DNA of 33,519 bases from Octopus bimaculoides (GCF_001194135.2 NC_068984.1:48552254-48585772); one strand, 5' to 3'. Shown: positions 11,920-24,115, numbered from the stretch's first letter. Translations and numbers: made by a program. Notes: generated by a model not told the origin, from the letters alone.

Positions 11920-12050
11920 TTGTGTATCTGTGTTTGTCGCCCAACCTCGCTTAACATCCGATGTTAGTGTGTTTATCTAACCGTAACTTAGCAGTTGATA
12001 GAAGTATCCGATAGAAGAAGTACTAGGTTTACAAAGAATTAGTTGAGGTC
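11920..12050 (+). mobile_element. SINE family B 3' tail fragment
   Basis: GTGTTTGTCGCCCAACCTCGCTTAACATCCGATGTTAGTGTG...GTACTAGGTTTACAAAGAAT is homologous to the reverse complement of 11530-11645. Confidence 0.75.
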
Positions 12051-12239
12051 TTACAGCTGTTTCTAGGATATCTCAAATGATACGTGAGTATGCCTGAATA
12101 TGGGGTATTCCGTCATCAGAATCAAGTAGAGAACACATGAAAGATCTAGACATGGAATTATCCAGATAAAAGATCTAAATATGGATAATTTGAAGATAAC
12201 AAGCAATGAAATAGAAGAGAAGAGAGTAAGGAGATAAAG

Positions 12240-13348
12240 AGTTGTTGAGTGGCCGAGTGGGACAGAGCCATACACATTTCCGTTGTGCAAAAATACACAT
12301 TTTAAACTACGCTTAGAGCTGACACTTAAAAGACGCCATTTCTCTGATCTGTATTCCTCAATGGCGAAGTCTATTAAGAAGTCCACTGACAACTCTGCAG
12401 TAAACCAGCTCTTCCACTTTTGTGAAAGAAGAAAGGAACTCTTCATGCTGACTCGATAAAATGTTATACGGACACCATATTCTAAAATATTCTTCTCTTT
12501 CAGTCGAGCAGCCAACATTTTTGAAGAATTTCGTGAGAGGTTCAAGTCACGAACTTGATCATTCAACTCTACCTGAGAGAATTGCTGAGATAAAGTCTTA
12601 AATGAGAAGTTTTGATCTCTAGTGTCTTCTTCAGGTGATGAATTTTCTACGGTTGTGGGTAAAGTTATCTGAAGCAAGAACTTAAAGACAAGAACAGGAA
12701 GCTCTTCACTGTGTGGAACCGGTCTAATAGCAGAGGCAAAATTAAGATAGACAAGTGTTTGTCGATTTTTCCGGTTAATACCCTTCAAATTTAAGTTACA
12801 GAAATAGTAGACGTCCACGTGATTATAGGGCTCCCATCATAACATTGGTATAGAAAACCTCATTCTTTTCCTTGTCACTTTAGTCCATTGTCGCAAATGT
12901 TCTGTACATTGTTTGCAGACACTATGCGGTGCCGAGTATTTATATTGGTTCCCAGTTTGACCCAAAAATATGCCATATACGCTCTTTCCGCATAATTAGT
13001 GTTTTTTTCTTTTTTTTTTTTTTCAGGTAATGTGTATTCGCTACAAACATAAAACACATTTGGAGAATTAACGCAATACTTTCTTGAAGCGGATGTCTTG
13101 CTCATTTTCTATTGCTTAGTTCGCCACAACATCTTAAAAATATGGAAAAAGAAACAAAAACTTAGAATTAGAATAAGGTAACGAACACTGCGTACAGGAC
13201 GTACACACATACATAGTGACTATAGGGATGTTCAATAACTTAAAAACTAAATCTGATAGGTCAAAATGGTTATATTTGGATTCAGGACACCGATTTTGTA
13301 TAGTAATGATGTCTATTTCCTAAGTACTAAAAATCTTCTAGACCAGTG
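12240..13348 (-). mobile_element. Chapaev3-type (CMC superfamily) DNA transposon, 5' part with disrupted transposase
   Basis: Across frameshifts the minus strand reads CVNSPNVFYVCSEYT...AYMAYFWVKLG/QYKYSAPHSVCKQCTEHLRQW...IPML*WEPYNHVDVYYFC...SAIRPVPHSEELPV...FSQVELNDQVRDLNLS...LAARLKEKNIL...WRLLSVSSKRSLKCVFLHNGNVYGSVPLGHS, the conserved Chapaev3 motif series. The terminus 5'-CACTGGTC is at 13348 (minus), flanked by TAA. Confidence 0.8.
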
Positions 13349-13965
13349 TAATCTATCTTATATTTTAATTTTATACCTGATATTTTTTAAGATTATGCTA
13401 TCGCACTGGTTTTTAGCTAATTCATTATTTCCCCCAACTTTTCCATTCTCTAATTTATTTTGATATACGTAATATATTTGTTACAAAGTTTTCAGAATAG
13501 TTAAATAGCTGATAGATTTGTACATTGAATAAACTGCAATGGTTTTCCCCGTTATACACTAGAGTCATCGATAGTTATTCCAGTCACGCAGTGGCACACG
13601 ATCTTTTCCAAATAACTATAAAATATGCATTATAGGTAACTTGGCATCATTACAGGTTAAAAACAGATCGCATCCATAAATTACCTACACACAGAAACAA
13701 ATACACCCCAAATAAAAGACCTCCTGTTTACACGAGTGAACAATTTTATTGGTCCAGCACACTATAAAAATCACAGTATCCTCTCCACTCCCATATCAAA
13801 AAAAATCTTCCAAGCACATACCAGAACCCAGAACACCACTGCATTAAATACTTCCATCACACTAACTTTCTTCATTGTCCCCATACAAAGATGATAAAAA
13901 TACGTAAATATATGCAGTACCAAACGCCACATTTTTCCAACTGCTCGGCTGCGATGTCTATAGCT

Positions 13966-14178
13966 AATATTGATTTCAAGTTTTAGCACAAAGCCAGCAA
14001 TTTCGAGAGAGGGAGTAAATCGTATACATCGACCCCAGTGTTCAACTGGTACATATTTAATCGACTCCGCAATGATGAACGGCAAAGTCAACCTCAGCAG
14101 AATTTGAACTCAGAAAGCAAAGACGGACGGTGCAAAGCATTTTGCCTAGCATGCTAACGACTCTGCCAGCACGCCGCC
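13966..14178 (-). mobile_element. tRNA-derived SINE family A (central domain resembling Deu/Nin type)
   Basis: Minus strand reads GGCGGCGTGCTGGCAGAGTCGTTAGC...GAGTTCAAATTCTGCTGAGGTTGACTTTGCCGTTCATCATTGCGGAGTCGATTAAATATGTACCAG. It has A/B-box-like motifs and is homologous to 25585-25800 and 28738-28915. Confidence 0.8.
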
Positions 14179-14692
14179 TTCCGTGTACATTACTAATATG
14201 ACGGACAAGAGAAAATCTACCACCACACTCCATGTTTGTTTACATTTCTCAACCTGTATGACCTCTACGCTCTACAGTTAACAATATATGAGGAGAATGA
14301 TACTTTGGAGCCCCGTATAATACATTACTCCATGTTAAATTAAGCATTATGTTTCTGGTCTTGACAGACGTATGATATTTACAGAATAATGAAAGTTGTA
14401 AGCGACTCTTAATTATTCACTATATATCATTATACCAGTTCTCTACATGTGCACAGCTGGCCTGAGACTTATACGGCTATAATATTTTATACCCGATTTT
14501 TCAGAAATGTTTCAGAAATGTTTATCTGTGTGAAACTGCAGTCTAATGACTGAAACAAGTAAAAAATAATAAAAGATATTTATTTCTCAATTACTTGTTG
14601 GATCACAATGGTACTTACTACTATTACTCAAGACCATCGTCAGAACCACCCCACCACTTACTTGTAGCAGGGTTGTGCAGATGGTGTTCCGG

Positions 14693-14713
14693 TGTCATCA
14701 TCACCATCATCAC

Positions 14714-14745
<32 letters not shown>

Positions 14746-14820
14746 CCATCACCATCATCATCATCATCATCATCATCATCGTCATCATCATCATCATCGT
14801 CATCATCATCATCATCATTA
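14693..14820. repeat. (CAT)n trinucleotide microsatellite
   Basis: Directly visible; it gives the poly-H/I/S/D/M ORFs in the track. Confidence 0.95.
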
Positions 14821-15224
14821 CCTACCATGGAAGACAGAAACGAGTGGAGAATCAATCATTTGAAGCCGATTCGAATGTCTACCTGGTAATGTATATTATT
14901 ATATAACTGTCTAGAACCACGATGTCAATTTTATAATGTGTACTATCCCTTTTGAACTTTCATCATTTCGATTTTTGACAAATGGATTTATGTTAGCTTG
15001 GTGATATATTTAATAATCCATAATGCTGTGCAATGAAGGTATTTGTGTTTACAATGATGCAGTAGTTACATTTTTGTTATTATTTATTTATAATTTTTAA
15101 ATCTTTGTTTTTCAAGAAGAATGTGAAATATTTACGGAGATGTATATGATAATGATATGTGTTTCATCTATGGAACATAATAATTATATTGTGTATAACA
15201 ATGATATTATATGTCGGTATTGGT

Positions 15225-15350
15225 CTAAAGAATTAGCAGAAATGTTAGAGCGTTAGTTAGAATGCTTTGAGGTAATTTATCCCATTTTCTGTTCTCTGAT
15301 TTCAAACACCAATACAGTGAAATTTGCTATTCATCCTTTTAGAAGGGGCG
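15225..15350 (+). mobile_element. Highly degenerate SINE family A copy
   Basis: TAGCAGAAATGTTAGAGCG...AATGCTTTGAGGTAATT...TTTGCTATTCATCCTTTTAG follows the family A motif order. Confidence 0.45.
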
Positions 15351-15867
15351 AAACATATCAATCCTGGATTTTGCGGAAAATTTAAGAAGTCGGAGTGGAT
15401 GGTTTTGCGTTTTGCTTTCAAATCGTAGCAAGTACTATATAGGTGGAAAACTTAACCCACTGCCCAGTCTAAGATCACCACCTGGTACATTCCGTGCCTT
15501 TCGCTGTGCCCACTCACTTGTAAACATTCGAACTCTCCTAGCAGTTTCGAAGTTCCGATGATTTATCAGCCTTTCTGAATAAAAATAAAACGAAAAAAAA
15601 AACAATAATAAAACAGCATATAATACGAACTATGATAGCCAGAGTAACAGTGCATCTAACCGAAAGAAAATTAGCAATGTCTCAACCAGAACTATTGTTG
15701 AGAGTAGTTTCTCACCCGTTTATAATAAATTATTCAGTAGCTTGTTATAACATTAGAGCATTTCGATTTGTTCATAAATGGTAACCATCAAATCTTATTG
15801 ACCAATTTATCATATTTCCGAAGCACATGTTCAATAAATATGAAAGTCCTTTTTTTTTTCACTTCAG

Positions 15868-15969
15868 ATGTTCGGATATTCTTCAAGAAATGCTCTTATA
15901 CGATTGAAGCACTTTCTAATTATGACTTGAATATGTCCATTCTGGATAACTTCAACGCCATATCTAACA
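15868..15969 (+). CDS. Candidate internal exon of an unidentified gene
   Basis: Acceptor TTTTTTTTTTCACTTCAG, donor GTATTT, 102 nt, phase 1-1, open frame (D)VRIFFKKCSYTIEALSNYDLNMSILDNFNAISN. No homology recognised. Confidence 0.3.
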
Positions 15970-16203
15970 GTATTTATTTATTTATTTATTTTCTGTTCCG
16001 GTAATATGTCATTTTGTTACAAAAATTAGACAACTTGAGTCTGACGAGACTATTTGGGTTTGACAAGACGTGTGTAAAGCTAAGTGACTTATAGACGCGA
16101 ATCTCCTGGCATCCCTATGAACCGGCCATAACTAAAACTCTTTAAACACCCTATAGCTCTATAAATTAGTGCGTGCTTCATTTCGGATGTATGATTTACT
16201 GAC

Positions 16204-16269
<66 letters not shown>

Positions 16270-17346
16270 ATCGGTTCAACATAGAGATGTGAGGCAACAT
16301 GGACATTAGAGGAGTGATCGTTTCAGTACATTATCCGGCGCTTACTCTGCTTCCCGTTTTGTGGATATAAGAGAAGATTCATCGTTGGTAGAGATGCAGA
16401 GATATTGCTTTCCTTGTAACTTACACAAAAATAAAGAATAAAGAATATATAATACAGGTAGAGAGACGTTTCCTAGGTTCCTTAGTTTTAGCTTTTTAGC
16501 TTTTTGTCGGCGATGTTACAATCATTCACTTTCTTTTAATGCTAAAAATGCTGTATAATAATTATTGAGAATCCGGTCCCCGTTGCTCCGAACAACGTTT
16601 TCATTCGTTAAAATTGGTTTGTTTCCTATGTTTGCCTCAGTATGTGTTAGTTTTTCTTTAAAATGACATTCAGTTTGTTTAAATTCTTCAAAATGATAAC
16701 TTTAGCTGTCAAAATATCATTTATGCCCAGCTATTCTCTTACTTAAGGATAACAAAAGAATGTGTTTCTTAAATAGTGTTGATCGCCTTTCTCATATATT
16801 TGTCATTGGACACTTAGGATCAGATGTAAAAACATTAAATGGTTGGCTGAATATGTTGAATACCGACACTATAAAAAGTATGTTTGGTTGGCACATCAAG
16901 AACCTTAGGGAAATTACTAGATACCTACTGTTGCAGGAGGCAGCTTGATATCCTGCAACACAATATCAGCAGAGCAACAATGAAATATTGAGTGAACGAA
17001 AGGAAGAATAATTGAAACTGACAACAAATGACAGTATATAAAGGGATTCAATGAAAATAAACATTTTCTATTTTCTTCAGTAAAATATTATTCTTTGTGA
17101 GAAAATATAAATTTGAAAGACATTTTGCAAAGCAGAGAATACTAATTAGAATAACAGAAAAAAAGGAAAAAGAAAAATAGAAAATATATTTTAGAACCAT
17201 AAATTTTAAGTGAACTGCCATGACTCAAATAATGAGCAGCAGCTAAAAAAATGTTTATGTATCACAACAATTTTGTTTTCACTTTCAGAAATTTTTAGCT
17301 GAATATGAAATAATGTTACTTGTTATGCAATTTCCCTGCACTTCAG

Positions 17347-17384
17347 CGAATGAGTTGATGTTTCGGCAGCACATTTCAATTGCT
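17347..17384 (+). CDS. Candidate small exon of an unidentified gene
   Basis: Acceptor TTTCCCTGCACTTCAG, consensus donor GTAAGT, 38 nt, phase 1-0, NELMFRQHISIA. Confidence 0.3.
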
Positions 17385-17579
17385 GTAAGTTAGCATCATC
17401 ATCATACTAATAATCATCATCATTACCATCAACATCATCAAAATCCTCCTCCTTCTCCTCCTCCTACTCCTCCTCCTCCTTCTCATCCACCTCCCCATCA
17501 TCATCATCATCATCATCACTATCTTCATTACTGGAACGACAGTAGGAAGGTGAAACCAAGGAAGCAACTTTTACATGGT

Positions 17580-17880
17580 TACAGAATTAGCACACAGCCA
17601 CTTCATATATATACATGTATATATGTATGTATGTATGTGTATGTATGTATTATGTAGGTATTTATGTATGTATGTATGTATGTATGTATGCATGCATGTA
17701 TGTATGTATGTATATAAGNNNNNNNNNNGTATGTATGCATGTATGTATGTATGCACACAGCCACTTCATATATATACATGTATATATGTATGTATGTATG
17801 TGTATGTATGTATTATGTAGGTATTTATGTATGTATGTATGTATGTATGTATGCATGCATGTATGTATGTATGTATATAA
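17580..17880. repeat. (ATGT)n-rich microsatellite block duplicated across a 10-N gap
   Basis: GCACACAGCCACTTCATATATATACATG...TATATAAG occurs on both sides of the gap at 17719-17728. Confidence 0.85.
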
Positions 17881-18099
17881 GCAATAATTCTAACGATATA
17901 CAAGATGGAGTCTTGTTCGGCTTCTAAATTTAATTCCTCTTATTTTACAATTTCATGTAGCATATTTTTATGGTGATTACGACCTTCACTTATTTCAACT
18001 GCACAGATAGCGGGAATTGCTAGATAAAACAACCCACAAACACCTGTGGATTGAAAGTGTAAGAGGAGCTAAGAAAAAATAATGGGAACAGAGAATTAA

Positions 18100-18534
18100 G
18101 CATCTGCAAGTGTGCCAGTAATAAAAATATACTCCCTAAATACTAGATGTATGGCGAAGAACCTAGTGTATAGATGCAAAATCACTCCTGAGTGAAGGAC
18201 ATAATTCTATATAGGAGCCAGTTTGCTTAACTTCAAAAAAAGACTGGCTAACTATATAGAATCATTTAGAGATCCAGCTAAGTTGGATAGCACGAGCTTA
18301 AGGAACCTAATCTGGTTCATTAAAGACAGGAAGCATAGCTATATCATGGAGTGGGAGATTAGTACTGCTAAACAATACAGTGCAGGAGGGAGCTGATGTG
18401 AGTTATGTATAGAATAAATATTCTAAATCGTTACATGGAGACATACATTAATTGATAGCAGACTTGAACAGACCTTACGATGTTTGCAAAAGCATACCAA
18501 AACAATTAAGAAGTTTAAAGAAACATCTAGATAA
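18100..18534 (+). pseudogene. Penelope-like element GIY-YIG endonuclease domain remnant
   Basis: One frame reads CMAKNLVYRCKITPE*RT*FYIGASLLNFKKRLANYIESFRDPAKLDSTSLRNLIWFIKDRKHSYIMEWEISTAKQYSAGGS*CELCIE*...DSRLEQTLRCLQKH. This matches the Penelope EN pattern (C..K.VVY...YIG...FK.R..H..SF...ST.LS..IW..K...I.W.I..A..Y....C.LC). Confidence 0.85.
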
Positions 18535-19124
18535 TCCTACATCCCTCCCATTGTCGGTCGGAAAGGAAGGATAAAAGCACATATCCTAAACTCAAAAATT
18601 ACACCGTCTCTCATAGCCAAACTAATATATATTCTATCCACCTTCTACTAACCAGCATAAACAATATAGACAAGAAAATAAATATATGAAAAGTTTTAAA
18701 CATTTTATGAGAATGACTACACTTCAAAAAATAGGTTATTAAGTATCCAGTGAGTACAGAGGCCTGCCAAAACAGTTTACATCCAACCTCAACCTAATTA
18801 GATAGAATCTTGACTTCGGTCTGCAAATGGTATGAAACCGAGGTCAACTACCCAAGATTACAAACACAACAGATTTCAGAAACAAGCAACCTTTCCTCAA
18901 TTTCTATTGAACCCTAATCAAAAAACAACTGTATTAAGATCGCTACGAAACTATTGCTGGTTGCATGTACAACTGTCTGTACTCTGTACAGTGGAAACAC
19001 ATGTAGGTCGTAATAACCATAAATAAATTATGCGTGAGATTGTAAAATACAACGAAATAAATTTTGAGGATGAACAAGTTTCCTTATTTTACATCAATAT
19101 AATTATTGCTAATATACACTCCAG

Positions 19125-19175
19125 TTCGCACTCAGAGATGCGAAGACGGAATTACCCATCGGAAGAATTTACAGC
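19125..19175 (+). CDS. Candidate small exon of an unidentified gene
   Basis: Acceptor ACTCCAG, consensus donor GTGAGT, 51 nt. Phase 0-0 frame FALRDAKTELPIGRIYS, though all three frames are open. GC-richer than its flanks. Confidence 0.35.
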
Positions 19176-19276
19176 GTGAGTGACCATTCCTAATTGTCAT
19201 AGACGTTACATACTAATCGGTGTGGTAAGCCATAACCTGGAACATAACTGAGAGCTACCATGGAATCTCCGCCCAG

Positions 19277-19320
<44 letters not shown>

Positions 19321-19324
<4 letters not shown>

Positions 19325-19620
19325 CCAAACACAAACAAGCAAGAAACAACACGATAAAACAACAACGTGAGGACGTGGAATAATTACAGTTTTATTGGAC
19401 GCTCAGGAAAAGAAAGAAAAGAAAGAGGATTTCACGTTTCGAGCGGAGCTCTTCATCAGAAATATAGAAAACGTCCAAAGAAGGGAAGACGGAGAAAGAA
19501 AATCGCCAACGATACACACGCGGTCACATATTGAAATGACCGGATGGGAAAGGGTGGAGAAATGGTTCTTTTCAAAGAGAGGAGAGTGCAAGAGAAGGAG
19601 GTATGTGCGTGCGTGGAAGT
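19321..19620 (-). mobile_element. Interspersed non-coding repeat carrying a minimal hammerhead motif (Penelope-associated type)
   Basis: About 80 nt (19429-19507, minus) is homologous to 33436-33515 (plus). Boundaries are approximate. Confidence 0.6.
19429..19463 (-). ncRNA. Minimal type I hammerhead ribozyme motif
   Basis: Minus strand reads ATTT-CTGATGA-A-GAGC-TCC-GCTC-GAAAC-GT-G-AAAT. CUGAUGA and GAAA are intact, stem II is 4 bp, stem I is ATTT/AAAT and stem III is minimal. The cleavage triplet reads GUG (non-canonical). Confidence 0.7.
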
Positions 19621-20559
19621 CTGTGTGTGTGTGCAATGATAGCATGTGTATATGTGTATATTCATTGTTTCTCCTTCTCACTGATAAAAATGAAGATACA
19701 TATTTGTTTAATAAAATTAATATTCGTTTTATAAATAATATTTGGATTTCTTGTGTCTTGTGTGTATATTCTTAAAATATATACGAATTACATTATTGCA
19801 AATCTACTTTCATGCCCTGAGATTTACATAAAGATATTATTTTACTCTTTTATTCGTTTCAGCCATGAAAATTGCATAATGAAATATTTGGACTAATGTC
19901 CTAGTAGACGCTGATAGAGATATTTTCTCCAGAACAAAATATACGTGTATACGAAATATACAAAATGAAGTAGACGATTGTACAAGACGAAACATACGTA
20001 TATGACATCATGTGGGCAAAGCAATTGTTAGGTAGATCTACGATGTATATGTGTAAGGATGTCTATTTGTGTAATTCTGTCGAGAATAAAAGTCTAGTTT
20101 TCTTTAGATTTTTTTTTCTTTTATCTCTTTCTAATGAACTTAACGTTGAAATTGAACTTTTATTGTTTTCCAATTTATTTTGCCATCAGAAAGTAAAATA
20201 TCTTTAACTTTTGTGCGAACATTTAATAACCAATGCATCTTGCGCATTTATTTCCTAGTTTGTCGGTGAATATACTCAACAATACTTACTACTTAGTTTA
20301 TAACTGTCACATATAGAGTCTCCTTTCTTTTTGTTCTTCCTACTTTCACATTTCTCTTAAGAATCTTCGTTATATTTCTAAAAGGAGTCTAGTATATGCC
20401 AAATACAAGTTTCGATTAAATTATATGGTTTTCTCTTTATTTGGAGGAAGTCAATGATGTGGTTAAAAACGAAACAGAAAAGTTGAAAATTTATAGAATT
20501 TTATTGGGAATTGGAACATATAATATGCCGAAGGTCTATACATCTAGCAAAATACAACA

Positions 20560-21830
20560 ATTAACTCGTTAGAGAGATATTCTTGGAGCTTACTGATGCA
20601 AGATGGATAAATTGTGGAGAACGTAGGAGAAATATGGAGCATAAAATATTGTGTGGTACGGATGAAAACAAGGGTACATTGTTGTAGGTTAAAGGTACAG
20701 AGAAATTATACATTGTAACAGACAGTAATGCACAGTTACATATTGCGTACCTGTTAGCCATAACTTGATGCTCTATAACATTGGCAGTTATCATCTTAAT
20801 CATTCAAATTTATTCTACATCTAGCGATTACAATGCTTAAATGGATAAATTCTATGAGGTTCTCGAAAAACAAAATATTTAGTAAACGGTAGAAGGTAAA
20901 TGGAATTTAATTATTAGATCAGTTGTTCATGTTGCCTACAGACAAACATATGAGGATAACTTAGGAAAAACTAACAATAAGTGTATAAGATTAATTAAAT
21001 ATAAAATATACATATCACAAAAATTTAATATAAAAGCGTAAATGCTGAAGAACATTGACATTGAATTCACTCAGAAGGATGTATATAACACGAGTGAATA
21101 TATTTTCCTCATAAAAAAAGATATTAATTGAGCATAAAGCAGGCAAACCCAAAGTTTGTCCATGTTCAGATTTTGGCAAGGATCACATAATTTTAATGGT
21201 TGCAATAAAAATGAGGTTCATGTCAGTCGAGAAAAACCAAAGTGCTAGCACAACATATGACATTGTAATCAATAATTAGAGATCTGAGCATAATACCACA
21301 ATTTAAAGCACAGAAATGAGGAAGATTCGAATTCTTATTTTCATCAGATGCAAATTTTCAACAAATAACAGGAGTATTGGAACAAATCACAACAGCCAAC
21401 AGAATTCTTGATAGAAAGACGAAAGCTGAGAAATCTTGAATAAATAAAGATGTTTTAATCAGTTCCGAAGAAAGAGGAAATCTGTCACAGAAGCAATACA
21501 AAACCTAGACAGCAGAAAGTGAATATAGATTAGTCAATAAGAAACTAAAAGTGGAAATGAAGAAGCAAAAGACAGAGATTAACAAAAGATGCGAAGAAGG
21601 AAATCATAGAACAAATAACTAAAAAACAAAAAAAGCATGCATTCTCCGCAAAGAAAGTATATCTAAATACTGAGTTGTAGACGACAAATATAAGAACCTG
21701 CTAACGAATGCAATTAAAGAAACTGATAAACATAGACAATACTGTAAGGAACTTTATAACCACAAAGCAAAGGTAGATTGTAACGTACTAAAACAATTAA
21801 GAAAGGAAATTGCTTTTTAATAAACAGTGA
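20560..21830 (+). mobile_element. Decayed RTE-clade LINE (APE endonuclease and linker before RT)
   Basis: Motifs in colinear order: LIIQIYSTSSDYNA*MDKFYEVLEK (about 20800), DFGKDHIILMVAIKM (SDH motif, about 21170), KS*INKDVLISSEERG (about 21430) and QYCKELYNHK (about 21740). There are many stops. Confidence 0.7.
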
Positions 21831-23659
21831 GAGGCAGGATTACTTCAAAAGTTACGCAACCAATTAAGTCCATGAGAATAAGAAGCAGCATAAATGAAAA
21901 ACAGCTCAACCCTGCAGATGACTATGTCAAAGTTTCGTTGTAAAATTAATAATAATACCTTATACGTTAGAAATTTATTGAGTAAATAGACAAGGTAAAT
22001 TGTTATATTACTGCCAATGAATATAAAATATCCAAAAATGTGAAAACAATCGTACAATTAGTTTAATTATCACCCAATTAAGGCGTGGCTGTATGTTTTA
22101 TTCTCTCTGTTGGCAGTGAATGCTAAGTGAAACAAGATTTTTCCCAGAAAGAAAAGATATTGTTTGCCAGATCTTTAACTTTGGTATTCTGAGACGTGCT
22201 TAGAAAATCTACAACTTTAATGACTTTAAAATAAAAGCTTTCGACCTTATGTTCTATGTTATAATTATGATTATTAGGAAAGACTATAACAATAAACTAT
22301 CCATAGTAAAATTATAAAAACGAATGGACATGCAAATTTGGTTGGAAATGCTCCTAGTGATGTTTCCCGTTAATTGTTTCTTTCACGAATCCTTTTCTCT
22401 CATTTTCAACAATTAAGAAAGAAAATGCTGAAAATTTAGGAAAAGAAATATTGAATTATGACGTACAGAATTAGCAATCTCCGGCTCGAAAATTTAGTGA
22501 TATGAGAGCAGGACTTGATGCAGCTGCAAGATAATATGAATGGAAGAAAGTGTTGATTAAGACAAAATAACGTTAGCTTGTAAAATGGAAAAGAAAATAG
22601 TCGACGAATCAGGAAAGATGCTGAAACTAATTTATATATGGGGAAATTTTTAATGGAATTTTTAAGATCAAATAATGCAGCAAAAATAAAAGGTGCCAGA
22701 CTGAAACACAGAATCATCGGCAAATGTAGACATTGTTAGAAAAAATATGATTACAATAGCAATAAAAATTCGAGTTTTAAACACAATAGTTTTTAAAATG
22801 CACCCTGTGCGTGCGAATCTGAATCATTGAAGTTCGACGCTGAGAGTGAAAAAAAATATCCTGGCTTATGAAAGGAAGCGTTATAGAAAATAATTTCCGT
22901 CTCGTATCTAGAACATCGAATTAATGTGATTGCTAAGAACGAAATCGTTTGTACGGCCCTGAACTGTAAAAATCTGTCACTTATTACGGGAGCAGAGCAA
23001 ATGGTCTCACCGAGTAAGACGACAAATAGAAACTCTACTATAAGCGAATATGTTCACGAGAGCAAACTGTCAGTGAACATGATATAAAAAGACCCCAACG
23101 AAGTTAGATATACAACAACAGTGAATGAACAAGGAAGAAGTTGAATGTGCGGAAACATAGCTTCTCGAGATTATGCACCACATTTTGATCATTAGATCCA
23201 CTGTTCTGGGTAATCAGTTGTGTGAAATAAAGAAATGTATTTAAAAAACGAGTAATTTTCTGGCTGGGGTAAGAGAAAAATTTTACAAAGAGAGATTTCT
23301 CTCTTAAATGGAGATTGGAAATAAAATCCTTCCTGTAACTGATTATGCCTTTAAAGCACGGGAAAGAATTAATGTCTCGAAATGAAATAACATCATGAAA
23401 TTTATCTATTCATTGTCAAAACTAAGCAAATTGTTGTCCCTTGTCTCAAAATAAATAGGTGAATAAAGTTTAGTATTTTTAATTTTTTAAAGATCATTTC
23501 TTATTTCTATCACAGTCGCTAATAAGTGGCCAAATATATTTTCATTCTAACACTGAGGGAACATTTTCAATTAATTAAGAATTTTTTTTGTGTACGGATT
23601 TTGATAATCGTTTCGCCATCCGTACTGTATTTATCCCATTTCACGCCATTGGCTGTTGT

Positions 23660-24115
23660 ACGTTTGTTGTATTTACTATAATGATTGAATGTGAGAGCAG
23701 GAGAGCATCGCATGCCATGAAAGTGACACTGGGATTCAAATATACGAAGCCCAGTATACCCATCATGACTATCCGTCTGATAAGAGCACAGCAGACATCA
23801 GAACCATATGTGCTCGACTTATTGATCTGATGTCGAGATAACCAGCACTTGATCTTGCAGTTGGAGCCCAGTTAGAAAATTCCTCAGGTCGAATAACCCA
23901 TTCCGCTTAAAAGGTCACTCAATAAGGGTTATTTAACGATGATGAAGGAAAGATCCACGTTTCCAGAAGTGAATTAATCAAACCCCCTAAGAATTTCTGT
24001 CAACACGTAGCTATCATGCCCTCCTGCCGGTGATCACAGCGGCACATATCGTTTGCTAATAAGGGATATGGTCAATTGACTAAAGTCAAGCAACTGACAA
24101 GCTGATCTGTTGTAT
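23660..24115 (-). mobile_element. Probable non-coding interspersed repeat (SINE-like or LINE 3' UTR-like)
   Basis: GC-richer block (…GGGTTATTCGACCTGAGGAATTTTCTAACTGGG…GTCATGATGGGTATACTGGGCTTCGTATATT…CCCAGTGTCACTTT…) that I recall as a common octopus repeat. There is no second copy in the window. Confidence 0.4.

Noticed and set aside
14090-14178. tRNA gene-like A/B boxes, also at 11840-11899 and 25585-25670
   Set aside because: They are SINE heads followed by SINE bodies, with no full cloverleaf.
17580-17880. Duplication of about 130 bp flanking the 10-N gap
   Set aside because: Most likely an assembly overlap in low-complexity sequence.
19904-20001. Frame VDADRDIFSRTKY.. that would extend IGRIYS into a cadherin-like GRIYSVDAD motif
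   Set aside because: No AG acceptor gives the required phase-0 join with the GTGAGT donor at 19176, and the strong acceptor at 19862 meets in-frame stops. Probably coincidence.
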